64,000 bases of DNA from an uncultured delta proteobacterium (GTDB taxonomy: Bacteria > Myxococcota_A > Polyangia > Polyangiales > Polyangiaceae). Location of the stretch: positions 4,672,001 through 4,736,000 of the forward strand of contig CAWDXG010000004.1 in the NCBI GenBank assembly GCA_963806225.1. The letters are read 5' to 3'. A program made the position numbers and the translations under genes. The notes beneath the pieces were generated by a model. The model was not told the DNA's origin. It did not search any database and saw only the letters and a program-made list of their open reading frames with translations. Below are positions 30,034 to 39,593 of the stretch, piece by piece; the first letter of the stretch is position 1, and each line of letters starts with the position of its first letter.

Positions 30034-31980
30034 ATGCTGGAGAGCGCAGGCGAGGACGAGATCGGGGACGAGCGGCTCGAGACCCTGGCGGAGGCGATCG
30101 TGGAAGCGGCCGACGCCGCCGGGATCGGCCTCCTGATCGCGACGAGTCTTACGCTGGAGCCCCGCACCATCTACGTCAGCGATGCGGCGGTGGATATCTT
30201 CGGCTACTCCCGTGAGGAGCTTGTCGGGATGCCGACCTTCCAGCTCGTCGCGCCGGAAGCGCTCGCCGACGTCACGGCGCTGGCCGAACACAACATCGAA
30301 GGCGTGTTCACGCCCGCCTTCGAGTCGACGATCGTGCAGAAGGACGGGACGCGGATTCCGCTCGAGTTGGCGGTCAGCCAGGTCGAGCTCGAAGGCATGC
30401 CGGTGGCGGTGGCCTTCCTGTTCGATGTCTCGCGGCGCAGGCAGACACAGGAAGCGTTAGAGCGCTCGGAAGACCGCTTCCGCATGCTGATCGAATCGGC
30501 GCCCGAAGCGGTGTGGATCACCGACGGCAAGACCTTGGCCTACGCGAATCCGGCCGCCATCGAGCTCTTCGGCTACGAGCGGCTGGACGAGGTGAGCGGA
30601 GTTCCGGTCGTCGACTTCGTCTACCCCCAGGACCGGCCGGCCGTGGAGGATCGCACTCGCGCCATGCTGGAGCGTGGGGAGGAGCTTCCTCCGCACGAGT
30701 ATCGCGTCCACCGGCGCGACGGCGAGCTGATGACGCTGGAAGTCAGTTCCATCGGCACGGAGTACGAAGGTCGTCGAGCCGTGCTGTCGTTCGGTCGCGA
30801 CGTAACCGAGCGCAAGCAGTACGAGATGCAGCTGTTGCAGGCCGACCGCCTTTCCGCGCTGGGCATGTTGGCAGGAGGCATGGCGCACGCCATCAACAAC
30901 CCGCTGACCTATGTCCTGTTGAACCTCGAGCACCTGGGGCGTCGTCTTCCCGGCCTCGCCGCCGACAGAAGCTACCTGGGCGAAGCGATGGTCCGTCTGC
31001 GCGAGGCGCACCACGGCGCCGAGCGCGTGGCCAGCGTCGTGCGTCAGATGCGGGCGTTCTCGCGCTCGGAGGGTGACGCGACCACCGAAGTCGACGTGCG
31101 CCGCGTGCTCGACGCAGCGGTCGGCATGGTGGGCAACGAGATCCGCCACCGCGGTCGCCTGGTCACCCAATACGAAGAGGTGCCGCCCGTGCTCGCCAGC
31201 GAGGCCCGGCTGGAACAGGTCTTCCTCAATCTGCTCGTGCACGCGGCGCAGTCCCTGCCCGAGGGCGAGGCGGGAAAGGGAAAGGTCCAGATCACGGCGA
31301 GGTACGAGCCTCCGGGTCATGTTGTCGTCGAGGTCTCCGACAACGGACCAGGGCTCGAGCCGCAGCAGCTCGAACGTGTGTTCGAGCCCTTCTCCCAGCG
31401 GGGGCAGGCGCAGGCCGGACTCGGGCTGTCCATCTGCTACGGCATCGTCGAGGCGCTGGGCGGCGCCATGCGGGTCGACAGCGAGCCGGGGCGCGGCACC
31501 ACGTTCCGGGTCACGCTGCCCAGCTCGGAGCGCGAGCGCACGCGCTCGACGCCGGAGCCGCGTCCTGATTCGGCGCCGTCCTCGCCGCGCAGCGTGCGAG
31601 CGCGCGTTCTGGTCGTGGATGACGATCCCGGCGTCGGCAGCGCGCTCAGGATCATGCTCGAAGACGAGCATGAAGTGACCTCCGTGACCGAGGCGCAGGA
31701 AGCGCTCCGGCTGCTCCTTCGGGACGACGGCTACGATATCGTCTTCTGCGACCTGATGATGCCGGAGCTGTCGGGCATGGACGTGTTCGATGCGCTCCGG
31801 CTCAACCGACCGGGCGAGGAGAAGAAGCTCGTCTTCATGACCGGCGGCGCCTTCACGCCCGACGCGACACGGTTTCTCTCGAAGGTGAAGAACCTCCGCA
31901 TCGAGAAACCGTTCAACCTCAAGGAGCTCCGGCGTCTGGTGCGCCGTGCGGTGCTCGGCGAGAGCCCGGACGAAGACTAG
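30034..31980 (+). CDS. hybrid sensor histidine kinase (2 PAS, HisKA, HATPase, REC)
   Basis: PAS repeats, AHAINNPL, DNGPG, GLGLSIC; receiver VLVVDDD...CDLMMP...KPF. Confidence 0.92.
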   Translation: MLESAGEDEIGDERLETLAEAIVEAADAAGIGLLIATSLTLEPRTIYVSDAAVDIFGYSREELVGMPTFQLVAPEALADVTALAEHNIEGVFTPAFESTIVQKDGTRIPLELAVSQVELEGMPVAVAFLFDVSRRRQTQEALERSEDRFRMLIESAPEAVWITDGKTLAYANPAAIELFGYERLDEVSGVPVVDFVYPQDRPAVEDRTRAMLERGEELPPHEYRVHRRDGELMTLEVSSIGTEYEGRRAVLSFGRDVTERKQYEMQLLQADRLSALGMLAGGMAHAINNPLTYVLLNLEHLGRRLPGLAADRSYLGEAMVRLREAHHGAERVASVVRQMRAFSRSEGDATTEVDVRRVLDAAVGMVGNEIRHRGRLVTQYEEVPPVLASEARLEQVFLNLLVHAAQSLPEGEAGKGKVQITARYEPPGHVVVEVSDNGPGLEPQQLERVFEPFSQRGQAQAGLGLSICYGIVEALGGAMRVDSEPGRGTTFRVTLPSSERERTRSTPEPRPDSAPSSPRSVRARVLVVDDDPGVGSALRIMLEDEHEVTSVTEAQEALRLLLRDDGYDIVFCDLMMPELSGMDVFDALRLNRPGEEKKLVFMTGGAFTPDATRFLSKVKNLRIEKPFNLKELRRLVRRAVLGESPDED

Positions 31981-33053
31981 CGCCCGGCGCGGGTGTCCGC
32001 GGGGCGCTCGAAGCCGGGCCTGCCCCGGGCGGGGCGCTCGCCGATTCGAGCCGCGACACGGCGCGGGCAACGAGCAACGCGGCCTCCTCGGAGGAGAGGG
32101 CCAGGTGCAGGTGGACTTCGTGGGGCTCGGTCGAGATACGCATGCGTTTCGCGAGAATCCGTTCCGAGCTCGCGGCGGAGTAGCGGGCCGACCGTGGTGT
32201 GCCCCAGGTCCTCCAGCAGTGCCGCGACCGCCTGGCACGCCGCGGTCTTCGCGCAGCCGACCACCGCGCGCGCTTCCACGCGCGGCGAGACATCCACCGC
32301 GAGCGCCGCGGCGCGCACCCTCGACAGCGGCGAAAGCCGTGACAGGTCGCTGCCGCTCAGCTGCTCCAACCAGTCGGAGGGCAGGACCCACGTGGCCACC
32401 AGTGTGCTGTGCTCGCCGACCGAGCGTCTGAGCACGGCGTGCAGCTTGTCGCGGCGCTCGCTCGGCCCCTGCTTGTCGCTCGCATCGACCATCGCGCGCA
32501 GGTAGCTTCCGCCACCGAGCAGGACGGGGCCGCCGTCGCGCACGGCCAGTTCACCGCCCGTGTGGCGGCGGTCGCGGATGTCGATGAACGATCCCAGCCG
32601 GGTCTCCACTGGGCTGCCGCCGCGTCGTTCGATCACGCGCGAGGCGCACGCGGCGATGCGCTTGGCGGAGAAATCGCCGGTCGCCACGATGCCGAAATCG
32701 CGCGGCTCGCCCCGGTCGGCCGAGGCGGGCACGCCAATCGCCAGCTCGCGGATCTCGAGCGTCGGATCGAAGCCGCACACGTCGTCGAGCCGTCCGACCC
32801 CCGGCAGCTCGCGGCCCTTGCCAGCGAGCACGGCGCCGACGGGGCTCTGCCTGAGCCGCACGAGGTCGACCGTCGCGACGAAGGCGTTGTCCGCCGGCAG
32901 CGCGTCGAGCGCGGAGAGCCCAGGGCGGACAGGAGTTCCGGGCGTCCGCTTCCCGAGAACGAACACGGTCACCGCGATCGCGATGAGCCCCAGCAACGTG
33001 AGCCCATGCAACGTACGCAGGCTCACCCCGCTCTCGCGCCCGGCGTTCTCCAT
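31977..33053 (-). CDS. hypothetical membrane-anchored protein (C-terminus probably frameshifted)
   Basis: N-terminal TM helix then a globular domain. The last ~60 aa look out of frame. Confidence 0.65.
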   Translation of the reverse strand: MENAGRESGVSLRTLHGLTLLGLIAIAVTVFVLGKRTPGTPVRPGLSALDALPADNAFVATVDLVRLRQSPVGAVLAGKGRELPGVGRLDDVCGFDPTLEIRELAIGVPASADRGEPRDFGIVATGDFSAKRIAACASRVIERRGGSPVETRLGSFIDIRDRRHTGGELAVRDGGPVLLGGGSYLRAMVDASDKQGPSERRDKLHAVLRRSVGEHSTLVATWVLPSDWLEQLSGSDLSRLSPLSRVRAAALAVDVSPRVEARAVVGCAKTAACQAVAALLEDLGHTTVGPLLRRELGTDSRETHAYLDRAPRSPPAPGPLLRGGRVARCPRRVAARIGERPARGRPGFERPADTRAGR

Positions 33054-33098
33054 CTCGTGACCCGCGTCAGCATACGAGCGATCGCGGATCGGAGCGAA

Positions 33099-33383
33099 CT
33101 AGTCCGTCGTGTCGTCCTGGCGCCGGCCGTCGTTGTGGCGGCGCCCCTCGGGGCGGGGCGGGAAGATCCGGCGGTCCAGTGGGGCGCGGCGGGAGATCAG
33201 CGAGCGCTTCCCGTGGGGTTCGGGGAACAGAGCGCGTAGCTCCTCGAGGCTGCCGGCACCGGAGAGCTGGTACTCCGCGGCGTGCTCGTCGCACAGCGCG
33301 ACGATGCGTTCGTCCACCAGAACCCGACGGATCCGGTTCGTGGCCGTCGGCGCGCGGCCGCAGGCCTCGCAGGTCGTTGACAT
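33099..33383 (-). CDS. small putative zinc-binding protein
   Basis: CEAC...LCDEH and an Arg-rich tail with SRR/DRR/GRR repeats. Confidence 0.6.
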   Translation of the reverse strand: MSTTCEACGRAPTATNRIRRVLVDERIVALCDEHAAEYQLSGAGSLEELRALFPEPHGKRSLISRRAPLDRRIFPPRPEGRRHNDGRRQDDTTD

Positions 33384-33431
33384 GTGCCCAAGCTGGCTCT
33401 GCCGCTGCCGCCGGGCCAAGTTTTCCGGGGC

Positions 33432-34370
33432 TCAGCGCGCCGCCCGCTGCTCGACCCATTCGACGACCCTGCCGGCCGGGTCGCCCCCGTCGAATTGCCC
33501 CAGTTCCTGGATGCCCGTCGGGCTGGTCACGTTGACCTCGATGAGCCTGCCGCCGATCAGGTCGAGCCCCACGAACCAAAGCCCGTAGTCGCGCAGGCTG
33601 CCGCCGATGTACCGTACCAGCGCCTCTTCCTCGTCGGTGAGCCGGGTCTGCTTCACCATGCCTCCGACGTGGATGTTGGCGCGGATGTCGTCCTCGCGCG
33701 GCACCCGCAGGATCGCGCCCAGCGGCTCGCCGTCCAGCATCAGGACGCGCTTGTCGCCTTGGCGCACGCCCGGATGGAACTCCTGCAGCAGAGCGAGCTC
33801 CTGCCCCTCGTGCGTCAGAAGGTCGATGAGCGCGCGCGTGTTGCGGTCGCCGCGCTCGAGCGCGACCACGCCGCTCCCGCCCGCGCCGTCCAGTGGCTTG
33901 AGCACCGCCTTGCCGCCCACTTCCTCCAGGAACTGGAGCATGCGCGCCGGGTCCGCCGTTACCAGCGAGCGCGGCATGTACTGGGAGAAGTGGAAGGCGA
34001 ACAGCTTCTCGTTCGCGTCCCGCAGCCCGCGCGGGTCGTTGAGCACGAGCGTCCGGGCTTTCACCAGGTCGAGCTGCTGTGTCAGGTGCACGTACTCCGC
34101 GTCGAAGGGTGGATCCTTGCGGATGAACACCGCGTCCAGCGCCTCGAGCCCGACGACCTGGGCCTCACCCAGCGTGCTGTGCGGCGGCGTGTCGCTGACC
34201 GCTATCGCGCGCGCCTTCGCCGACACGTCCTGTCCGATGTTGAACACGTCGATCGCCAGGCAGTGCAGGCACTCGTGCCCGCGCGCCTGGGCCGCGCGGA
34301 TGAACGCGAAGCTCGTGTCCTTGTCGGGCAGCATCTTCTCGGGTGGGTCCATCACGAACAGAAAGCGCAC
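33432..34370 (-). CDS. gshB: glutathione synthetase
   Basis: FLFVMDP...KDTSFA, RKDPPFD, NEKL, KPLDGAGG and EVNVTSPTG. Confidence 0.96.
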   Translation of the reverse strand: MRFLFVMDPPEKMLPDKDTSFAFIRAAQARGHECLHCLAIDVFNIGQDVSAKARAIAVSDTPPHSTLGEAQVVGLEALDAVFIRKDPPFDAEYVHLTQQLDLVKARTLVLNDPRGLRDANEKLFAFHFSQYMPRSLVTADPARMLQFLEEVGGKAVLKPLDGAGGSGVVALERGDRNTRALIDLLTHEGQELALLQEFHPGVRQGDKRVLMLDGEPLGAILRVPREDDIRANIHVGGMVKQTRLTDEEEALVRYIGGSLRDYGLWFVGLDLIGGRLIEVNVTSPTGIQELGQFDGGDPAGRVVEWVEQRAAR

Positions 34371-34466
34371 GGTCCAGGCTCCTCGCGTTTTGCCCATCGT
34401 AGGGTTGCGGGACCGGATCCGCCATGGTCCCGGCAGCGCGGCATCCGTGATACGAACAAGGCGCCC

Positions 34467-36149
34467 ATGCGCGTTAGTCCGTCTCCGCCCCGTACCTGGC
34501 GTTCCACTGCTCCCCTGCTGGTCGCGATCGGCCTGGCGCTCGCGCTGGTCGGTCTGGCCCCGACGCTGCAGGCCCAGGCCGCCGGCCGCGCGGCCGCGGC
34601 TACAGAGAATCCGCTCGCGACCCGCGCGGCGATCGCCCAGATGCGCGCCGGCGGAAACGCCATCGACGCCGCCGTGACCGCCGCCCTGGTCGGCGGAGTG
34701 GTGAGCCCGGTCTCGAGCGGGATCGGCGGCGGTGGATTCGCCCTGGTCTGGGACGCCACGAAGAAGCAGCCGTTCCTGATCGATTTCCGCGAGATGGCGC
34801 CCCGGGGCATCGACGTGGCGGCCTACGAGAAGCGCCCCTTCCCGCTCGCCCAGGGCGGGCGCTACACCGGCGTTCCCGGCGAGCTCCGTGGCCTCTACGA
34901 GCTGCACCGCCGCTTCGGCAAGCAGAAGTGGGCCGACGACGTCGCGCCGGCCATCAAGCTCGCGAAGCTCGGATTCCCGGTGGAACGCCACGTCGCGGAG
35001 ATGCTTCGCTACTTCTCCGGGAAGCTGAAGCAGGACCCGGGTATTGCGAGCGTATTCTTTCCCGGCGGCAAACCGGCCGCGGCCGGGCGCCGCGTGAAGA
35101 ATCCGAAGCTCGCCGCCACGCTGGAACGCGTCGCCATCGACGGGCCGAAGGCGCTCTACACGGGGCCGGTTGCCGACGACCTGGTCAAGGCGGCGCACGC
35201 GCACAGCGGCTCGCTGTCGCTCGCCGATCTCGCGGCGTACAAGCCGGTCGTGCGGACGCCCATCCACGTCAAGTGGGAGGGCTACGACGTGTACACGATG
35301 TCGCTGCCGTCCGCGGGTGGCATGATGCTGGCGCAGACGCTCCGGATGTATCCACGCGCCTACCTGAAGAAGCTCGGCTTCAACAGCGGCGCCTACCAGC
35401 ACATGATCGCCGAGGCGCTGCGCGCGTCGATCTCCGACCGCATGCGCTTCCTGGGCGATCCGGCGTTCCAGAAGGTCGACATGAACGCGCTCATCTCGCC
35501 CGAGCGCATGAAGAAGCGCCGCGCGCGTATCGCGCTCGACCGCACCCACGCCATCCCGCGCTTCGACCTCGACGAGCACGGCACGCACCACCTGGTTACG
35601 GCCGACGCGGCGGGCAACGTGGTGTCGCTGACCACAACGGTGAACACCGTGTTCGGCGCGAAGTACACCGGCGCCGACAGCGGCGTGGTGCTCAACGACG
35701 AGATGAACGACTTCACCAAGTCGAAGGACGTGGCGCCGTTCGGCCTGAAACAGAGCCCGAACCGCCCGCGCCCCGGTGCGCGGCCTATCTCCAGCATGAC
35801 GCCGACGATCGTCGTCAAGGACGGCCGCGCGGTGCTCGCGTTGGGCGGCTCGGGCGGCACGACGATCGCGACGAACGTCACGCAGATGGTGCTGTCGGTG
35901 CTGGTGTTCGGTCACACACCCACGCAAGCGCTGGCCGCGCGCCGCTTCTACACGCCGACGCACGGTCGGACCATGCTGCTGGAGAAGGGCGTCCCGGCGC
36001 AGGTCGTGAAGGACCTCGGCTGGCGCGGCGAGATCGTCGGCAACATGCCGTTTACGAGTAGCGCGGTGCAGATGATCGCGACCGACAGGAACGGCGCGAA
36101 GCACCCGGCGGCCGATCCACGCAAGCACGGCAGCGCCTTGGCGCGCTAG
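34467..36149 (+). CDS. ggt: gamma-glutamyltransferase
   Basis: GGNAIDAAV, SGIGGGGF, IDFREMAP, HGTHH (Thr nucleophile), LNDEMNDF and SSMTP; signal peptide. Confidence 0.95.
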   Translation: MRVSPSPPRTWRSTAPLLVAIGLALALVGLAPTLQAQAAGRAAAATENPLATRAAIAQMRAGGNAIDAAVTAALVGGVVSPVSSGIGGGGFALVWDATKKQPFLIDFREMAPRGIDVAAYEKRPFPLAQGGRYTGVPGELRGLYELHRRFGKQKWADDVAPAIKLAKLGFPVERHVAEMLRYFSGKLKQDPGIASVFFPGGKPAAAGRRVKNPKLAATLERVAIDGPKALYTGPVADDLVKAAHAHSGSLSLADLAAYKPVVRTPIHVKWEGYDVYTMSLPSAGGMMLAQTLRMYPRAYLKKLGFNSGAYQHMIAEALRASISDRMRFLGDPAFQKVDMNALISPERMKKRRARIALDRTHAIPRFDLDEHGTHHLVTADAAGNVVSLTTTVNTVFGAKYTGADSGVVLNDEMNDFTKSKDVAPFGLKQSPNRPRPGARPISSMTPTIVVKDGRAVLALGGSGGTTIATNVTQMVLSVLVFGHTPTQALAARRFYTPTHGRTMLLEKGVPAQVVKDLGWRGEIVGNMPFTSSAVQMIATDRNGAKHPAADPRKHGSALAR

Positions 36150-36402
36150 GGCTGCTCCCCAACGGGGGACGACGCGGGCGCGACCGTCCGTGCTCGCTTC
36201 GCTGCGCGCGGCCGGGGTCCCCCAAGGCGCGGCTCCGCCGCACGGGGGTCCCGCACGAGCGAGTGCGAGCGCGTGGGCGGGTCCGGCCGCTCGTGGCTCT
36301 CTCGGGATGCCGCCGTGCTCGGAGCTGTCCAGGCCGGGGATTGCGCATGTGCGCGCTCCGCCGGCGCGGCCCCGCGGGGCGGCTTGGTGCTACAGTCGCC
36401 CT

Positions 36403-36597
36403 ATGGCGGCGGAGGACGACGTGCAGGTCCAGCGGCTGCGCAGGATGACCTATGCGGAGCGATGGCGGGCCGCGAAAGCGCTCGATGCGTCGGCGCGTCG
36501 GCTCAAGGCCGCGTACCTCCGCCAGCTGCACCCGGATTGGACGGAGGCGGAGGTACAATGCGAGGTCCGCCGCGCCTTCATGTATGTCCACGACTGA
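36403..36597 (+). CDS. small antitoxin-like protein (Rv0078B/MenA1-like)
   Basis: 64 aa LRRMTYAERWRAA...LRQLHPDWTEAEV, overlapping the start of the nucleotidyltransferase gene. Confidence 0.6.
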   Translation: MAAEDDVQVQRLRRMTYAERWRAAKALDASARRLKAAYLRQLHPDWTEAEVQCEVRRAFMYVHD

Positions 36598-37162
36598 CGC
36601 GCTTTCCGCTGACCTGTTCCTCCTCTACGCGGAGAAGCTTGGCGCGCTCGGCTTGCGGTACATGGTGACCGGCAGCGTCGCGGGAATGCTGTACGGCGAG
36701 CCTCGCATTACGCACGACGTCGACATTGTCGTCGCGCTTGTGCCGAACGACGTCCAGCGTTTCGCGGCAGCATTTCCCATCGACGAGTTCTACTGTCCGC
36801 CCGAGGAAGTCCTGCTCGAGGAAAGCCTCCGGCCCCAACGCGGCCACTTCAATCTCATCCACCACGAGAGCGGGTTCAAGGCCGACATCTACATTGCCAG
36901 TCGCGACCCGCTCCACCGCTGGGCGCTTTCGGAGCGCCGCGCCATCGAGTTGGAAGGCGGTCAGGTGTGGCTCGCGCCGCCGGAGTACGTCATCGTCCGG
37001 AAGCTCGAGTTCTTCCGCGAAGGCGGCTCGGAAAAGCATCTCCGCGACATCGCGGCTATCCTCCGCGTATCCGGTGCGCTCGTGCGCACGGAAGTCGTGG
37101 AAGAGTGGACGGCGCGCTTCGGCCTTGCCGCAGAATGGCAGCGCGCGCGCCAGACGGACTAG
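36584..37162 (+). CDS. nucleotidyltransferase toxin-like protein (MenT1/AbiEii superfamily)
   Basis: YMVTGSVA...YGEPRITHDVD, KADIY and VIVRKLE...KHLRDI. Confidence 0.8.
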   Translation: MSTTDALSADLFLLYAEKLGALGLRYMVTGSVAGMLYGEPRITHDVDIVVALVPNDVQRFAAAFPIDEFYCPPEEVLLEESLRPQRGHFNLIHHESGFKADIYIASRDPLHRWALSERRAIELEGGQVWLAPPEYVIVRKLEFFREGGSEKHLRDIAAILRVSGALVRTEVVEEWTARFGLAAEWQRARQTD

Positions 37163-37215
37163 CGACGCCCGCTACCATCGCGCGCTGCGCTGCGGTGTTC
37201 GCCGCGCCGCAGCCG

Positions 37216-38052
37216 CTACCGGATCGACGCGACCAGCTCGGCGCTCTCGCGGTCGTTCAGGTCGCTGGCGACGGCGTAGCCGACGCCCCGGCGCTCCACG
37301 GCGGCGATCGAATAGCCGTGGCGGTTGCCGACGTAGACGGGCACGTTGCGCACGACGCGCGGCTCGAGCGTGACGCGCAGCGGGAAGCGGTGCGAGTTGT
37401 AGACGTAGAGGGTGACGCGGTGGCCGTCGAGCTTGTAGCGGAGCGAGGCGGCACGCTGGTTGTGCACGGGCACGATGCTGCCGCCCACCCAGTGCGCGCC
37501 GTACTGCTGCAGGCTCGGCAGCCTGACGGGCACGCCCACGGCGCGATCGAAGCGCAGCACCTGCGACGGCTCGGTGACCTGCGGCGGCGGATCGTCGGCG
37601 TGGTAGTTGACGAACTCGTCGATCAGCTGCTCGACGTTGGCCGTCGTGCTGCTGGCGAGGCTCGCCTCGTCGTTTGCGTTCTGCTGCGGACGCGGCGGAG
37701 TGCTGACGGAGGCCGCCCACACCAGGATGAACGCGGCAGCCGCCGCGATCGGCATGATCGCGCGCCAGGGAAGCACGCGGTTGTGCTCGTCGAAGCTCGC
37801 TTCGACGAGCTCCTCGCGCTCGCGCTCGGCGGCCAGCGCATTGCGGATGCGGGCCGAGAGCGCGGCGGACGGCTGCGCGTCGTCACGGACGGCGCGTCGC
37901 GTGCTGACCTGCATCGCCTGGACCAACCGGACCCGCTCGCAGCACAGCTCGCACTCGGCCAGATGCTGTTCGAGCTCGAGGACCTTGCTGGCCTTCAGCT
38001 CGCCATCGACAAAGGTTTCGATCAGAGGCAGGACGCGACGACAGGCGTTCAT
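37216..38052 (-). CDS. zf-HC2 anti-sigma factor
   Basis: FVDGEL...HLAECELC plus a TM helix; overlaps the sigma gene. Confidence 0.9.
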   Translation of the reverse strand: MNACRRVLPLIETFVDGELKASKVLELEQHLAECELCCERVRLVQAMQVSTRRAVRDDAQPSAALSARIRNALAAEREREELVEASFDEHNRVLPWRAIMPIAAAAAFILVWAASVSTPPRPQQNANDEASLASSTTANVEQLIDEFVNYHADDPPPQVTEPSQVLRFDRAVGVPVRLPSLQQYGAHWVGGSIVPVHNQRAASLRYKLDGHRVTLYVYNSHRFPLRVTLEPRVVRNVPVYVGNRHGYSIAAVERRGVGYAVASDLNDRESAELVASIR

Positions 38053-38789
38053 CCCACTGCCCCTTTCTTCTCGCGGTACTCGTTCAGGTCGACGGGGGCG
38101 GGCGCGTCGTCCTTCTGCGCGTCGTCCTTCTGCGCGTCGTCCTTCTGCGCGTCGTCCTTGTTGCCGACGACCGGCTCCGGGCTCACGATGCCCATAGCCA
38201 AAGCGTGCTCGTACAGGCGCGACTTGAGCAGACGCCGCCCGCGATGCAGCCGCGACATCACCGTGCCGATCGGGCAGCCCATGATGTCGGCAATCTCGCG
38301 GTAGGACAGCTCTTCGACGTCGGCCAGGAGCACGGCGAGCCGGAACTCGTCCGGTAGCTCCTCGAGCGCTTCGTTGATCTCGGCTTCGAGCACGGGACGC
38401 AACGCCAGTGACTCGGGATCGCGCATCGCCTCCATCGTGGCGGTGCCGACCCAGCCATCCGCTAGCGGGTCTGCGTCCGGCCCCTCCAGCACGCTCTTTT
38501 CCAGCCCGCCGCGGCGGTAGCGGTTGATGAACGTGTTCGTGAGGATGCGCAGCAGCCAGGCGCGCATGTTGGTGCCCGCCTCGAACTGGTGACGGGCCCG
38601 CATCGCCTTGACGAAGGTGTCCTGGACTAGATCCTCGGCCTCGGACGGGTTCTTGGTCAGCCGCGTACCGACGGCGAGCAGCGCGCCGAGGTGGCTCAGC
38701 GCTTCCTGCTCGAAGTCCTGGCTGGCGGCGGCTTGATTATGGCTTTTCTGGTTGCGGCGCACTGGGGGACCTCTGCTTTGCCCGGACAA
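38049..38789 (-). CDS. ECF sigma-70 factor
   Basis: AEDLVQDT, GTNMRAWLLRILTN and SYREIADIMGCPIGTVMSRLHRGR. Confidence 0.95.
   Translation of the reverse strand: MSGQSRGPPVRRNQKSHNQAAASQDFEQEALSHLGALLAVGTRLTKNPSEAEDLVQDTFVKAMRARHQFEAGTNMRAWLLRILTNTFINRYRRGGLEKSVLEGPDADPLADGWVGTATMEAMRDPESLALRPVLEAEINEALEELPDEFRLAVLLADVEELSYREIADIMGCPIGTVMSRLHRGRRLLKSRLYEHALAMGIVSPEPVVGNKDDAQKDDAQKDDAQKDDAPAPVDLNEYREKKGAVG
38103..38159. repeat. 15-bp in-frame VNTR (KDDAQ) in the sigma factor tail
   Basis: cgcgtcgtccttctg, about 3.7 copies. Confidence 0.85.
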
Positions 38790-38806
38790 CCCCCAGAATA
38801 TAGGGC

Positions 38807-39421
38807 TTATTCCTTGGGTGCGCCGCTCCCGCCCTCGCCGAGCCGCTTCTCGAGTGCGTCCAGCCGTTCGGACAGCCGTTTGACGTCGTTCTGCAGCTCG
38901 CGGAACATGGAAAAGTTCGGCAATACCGCGCGGATACGCTCGTCGATCTTGTTCTGGAACTGCTCCAGCGTTGCGCGGAACCCCTTGTGCTGGGCATCCT
39001 TGCTCTGGTTCAAGTCGTCCTCCTCGTCCTCTGGCGCGATCGGGATATGGATCTCCCCCTCGAGCTGGCCCTGCGGCATCAGCCGCCCGATCGGTCCTTC
39101 CCGGAGCTGCGTGAGGATCTTCTCCCCGCGCTGCCGGATCAGGAACTTGAGCGTGGCGAGCGGGATCCCCCGGGGGCGCGCTTTCAGCTCTTCCGAGATG
39201 ATCAGCGCCAGCGTCACGTCGGTCTTGTCTTCCTTGGTGGCGTTGTCGATGATCTGGACTTCTTCGCCCTCGCGCACCATGTCCGCGATCTGCAATAGCG
39301 TGACGTAGCGGCTGTCCTTGGTGTCGTACAGCTTGCGGTTCGAATACCGCTTGATCACCCGCCGCTCGGCTGGCGGCTGCGATCCGGGCGGGATGCTGCT
39401 CTCCGAGCTATCAGTGACCAT
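38807..39421 (-). CDS. PhaR-like polyhydroxyalkanoate regulator DNA-binding domain protein
   Basis: IKRYSNRKLYDTKDSRYVTL...DKTDVTLALII. Confidence 0.88.
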   Translation of the reverse strand: MVTDSSESSIPPGSQPPAERRVIKRYSNRKLYDTKDSRYVTLLQIADMVREGEEVQIIDNATKEDKTDVTLALIISEELKARPRGIPLATLKFLIRQRGEKILTQLREGPIGRLMPQGQLEGEIHIPIAPEDEEDDLNQSKDAQHKGFRATLEQFQNKIDERIRAVLPNFSMFRELQNDVKRLSERLDALEKRLGEGGSGAPKE

Positions 39422-39593
39422 GTGACCCTCTTGCCCCCGGTCCGGCGTCGCTTCGGCCGGTGTCGGTCCGGCCAGCGGTCCCGCGGGATCGGACCGATTT
39501 CATCGGCTCCGCTCTTCCCATGATGAGACCAAGAATGCTGCAAAGCGTCAAGGGACGCCAGGGGAATCGGAAGGCTATGAGGACCGCAGTATT

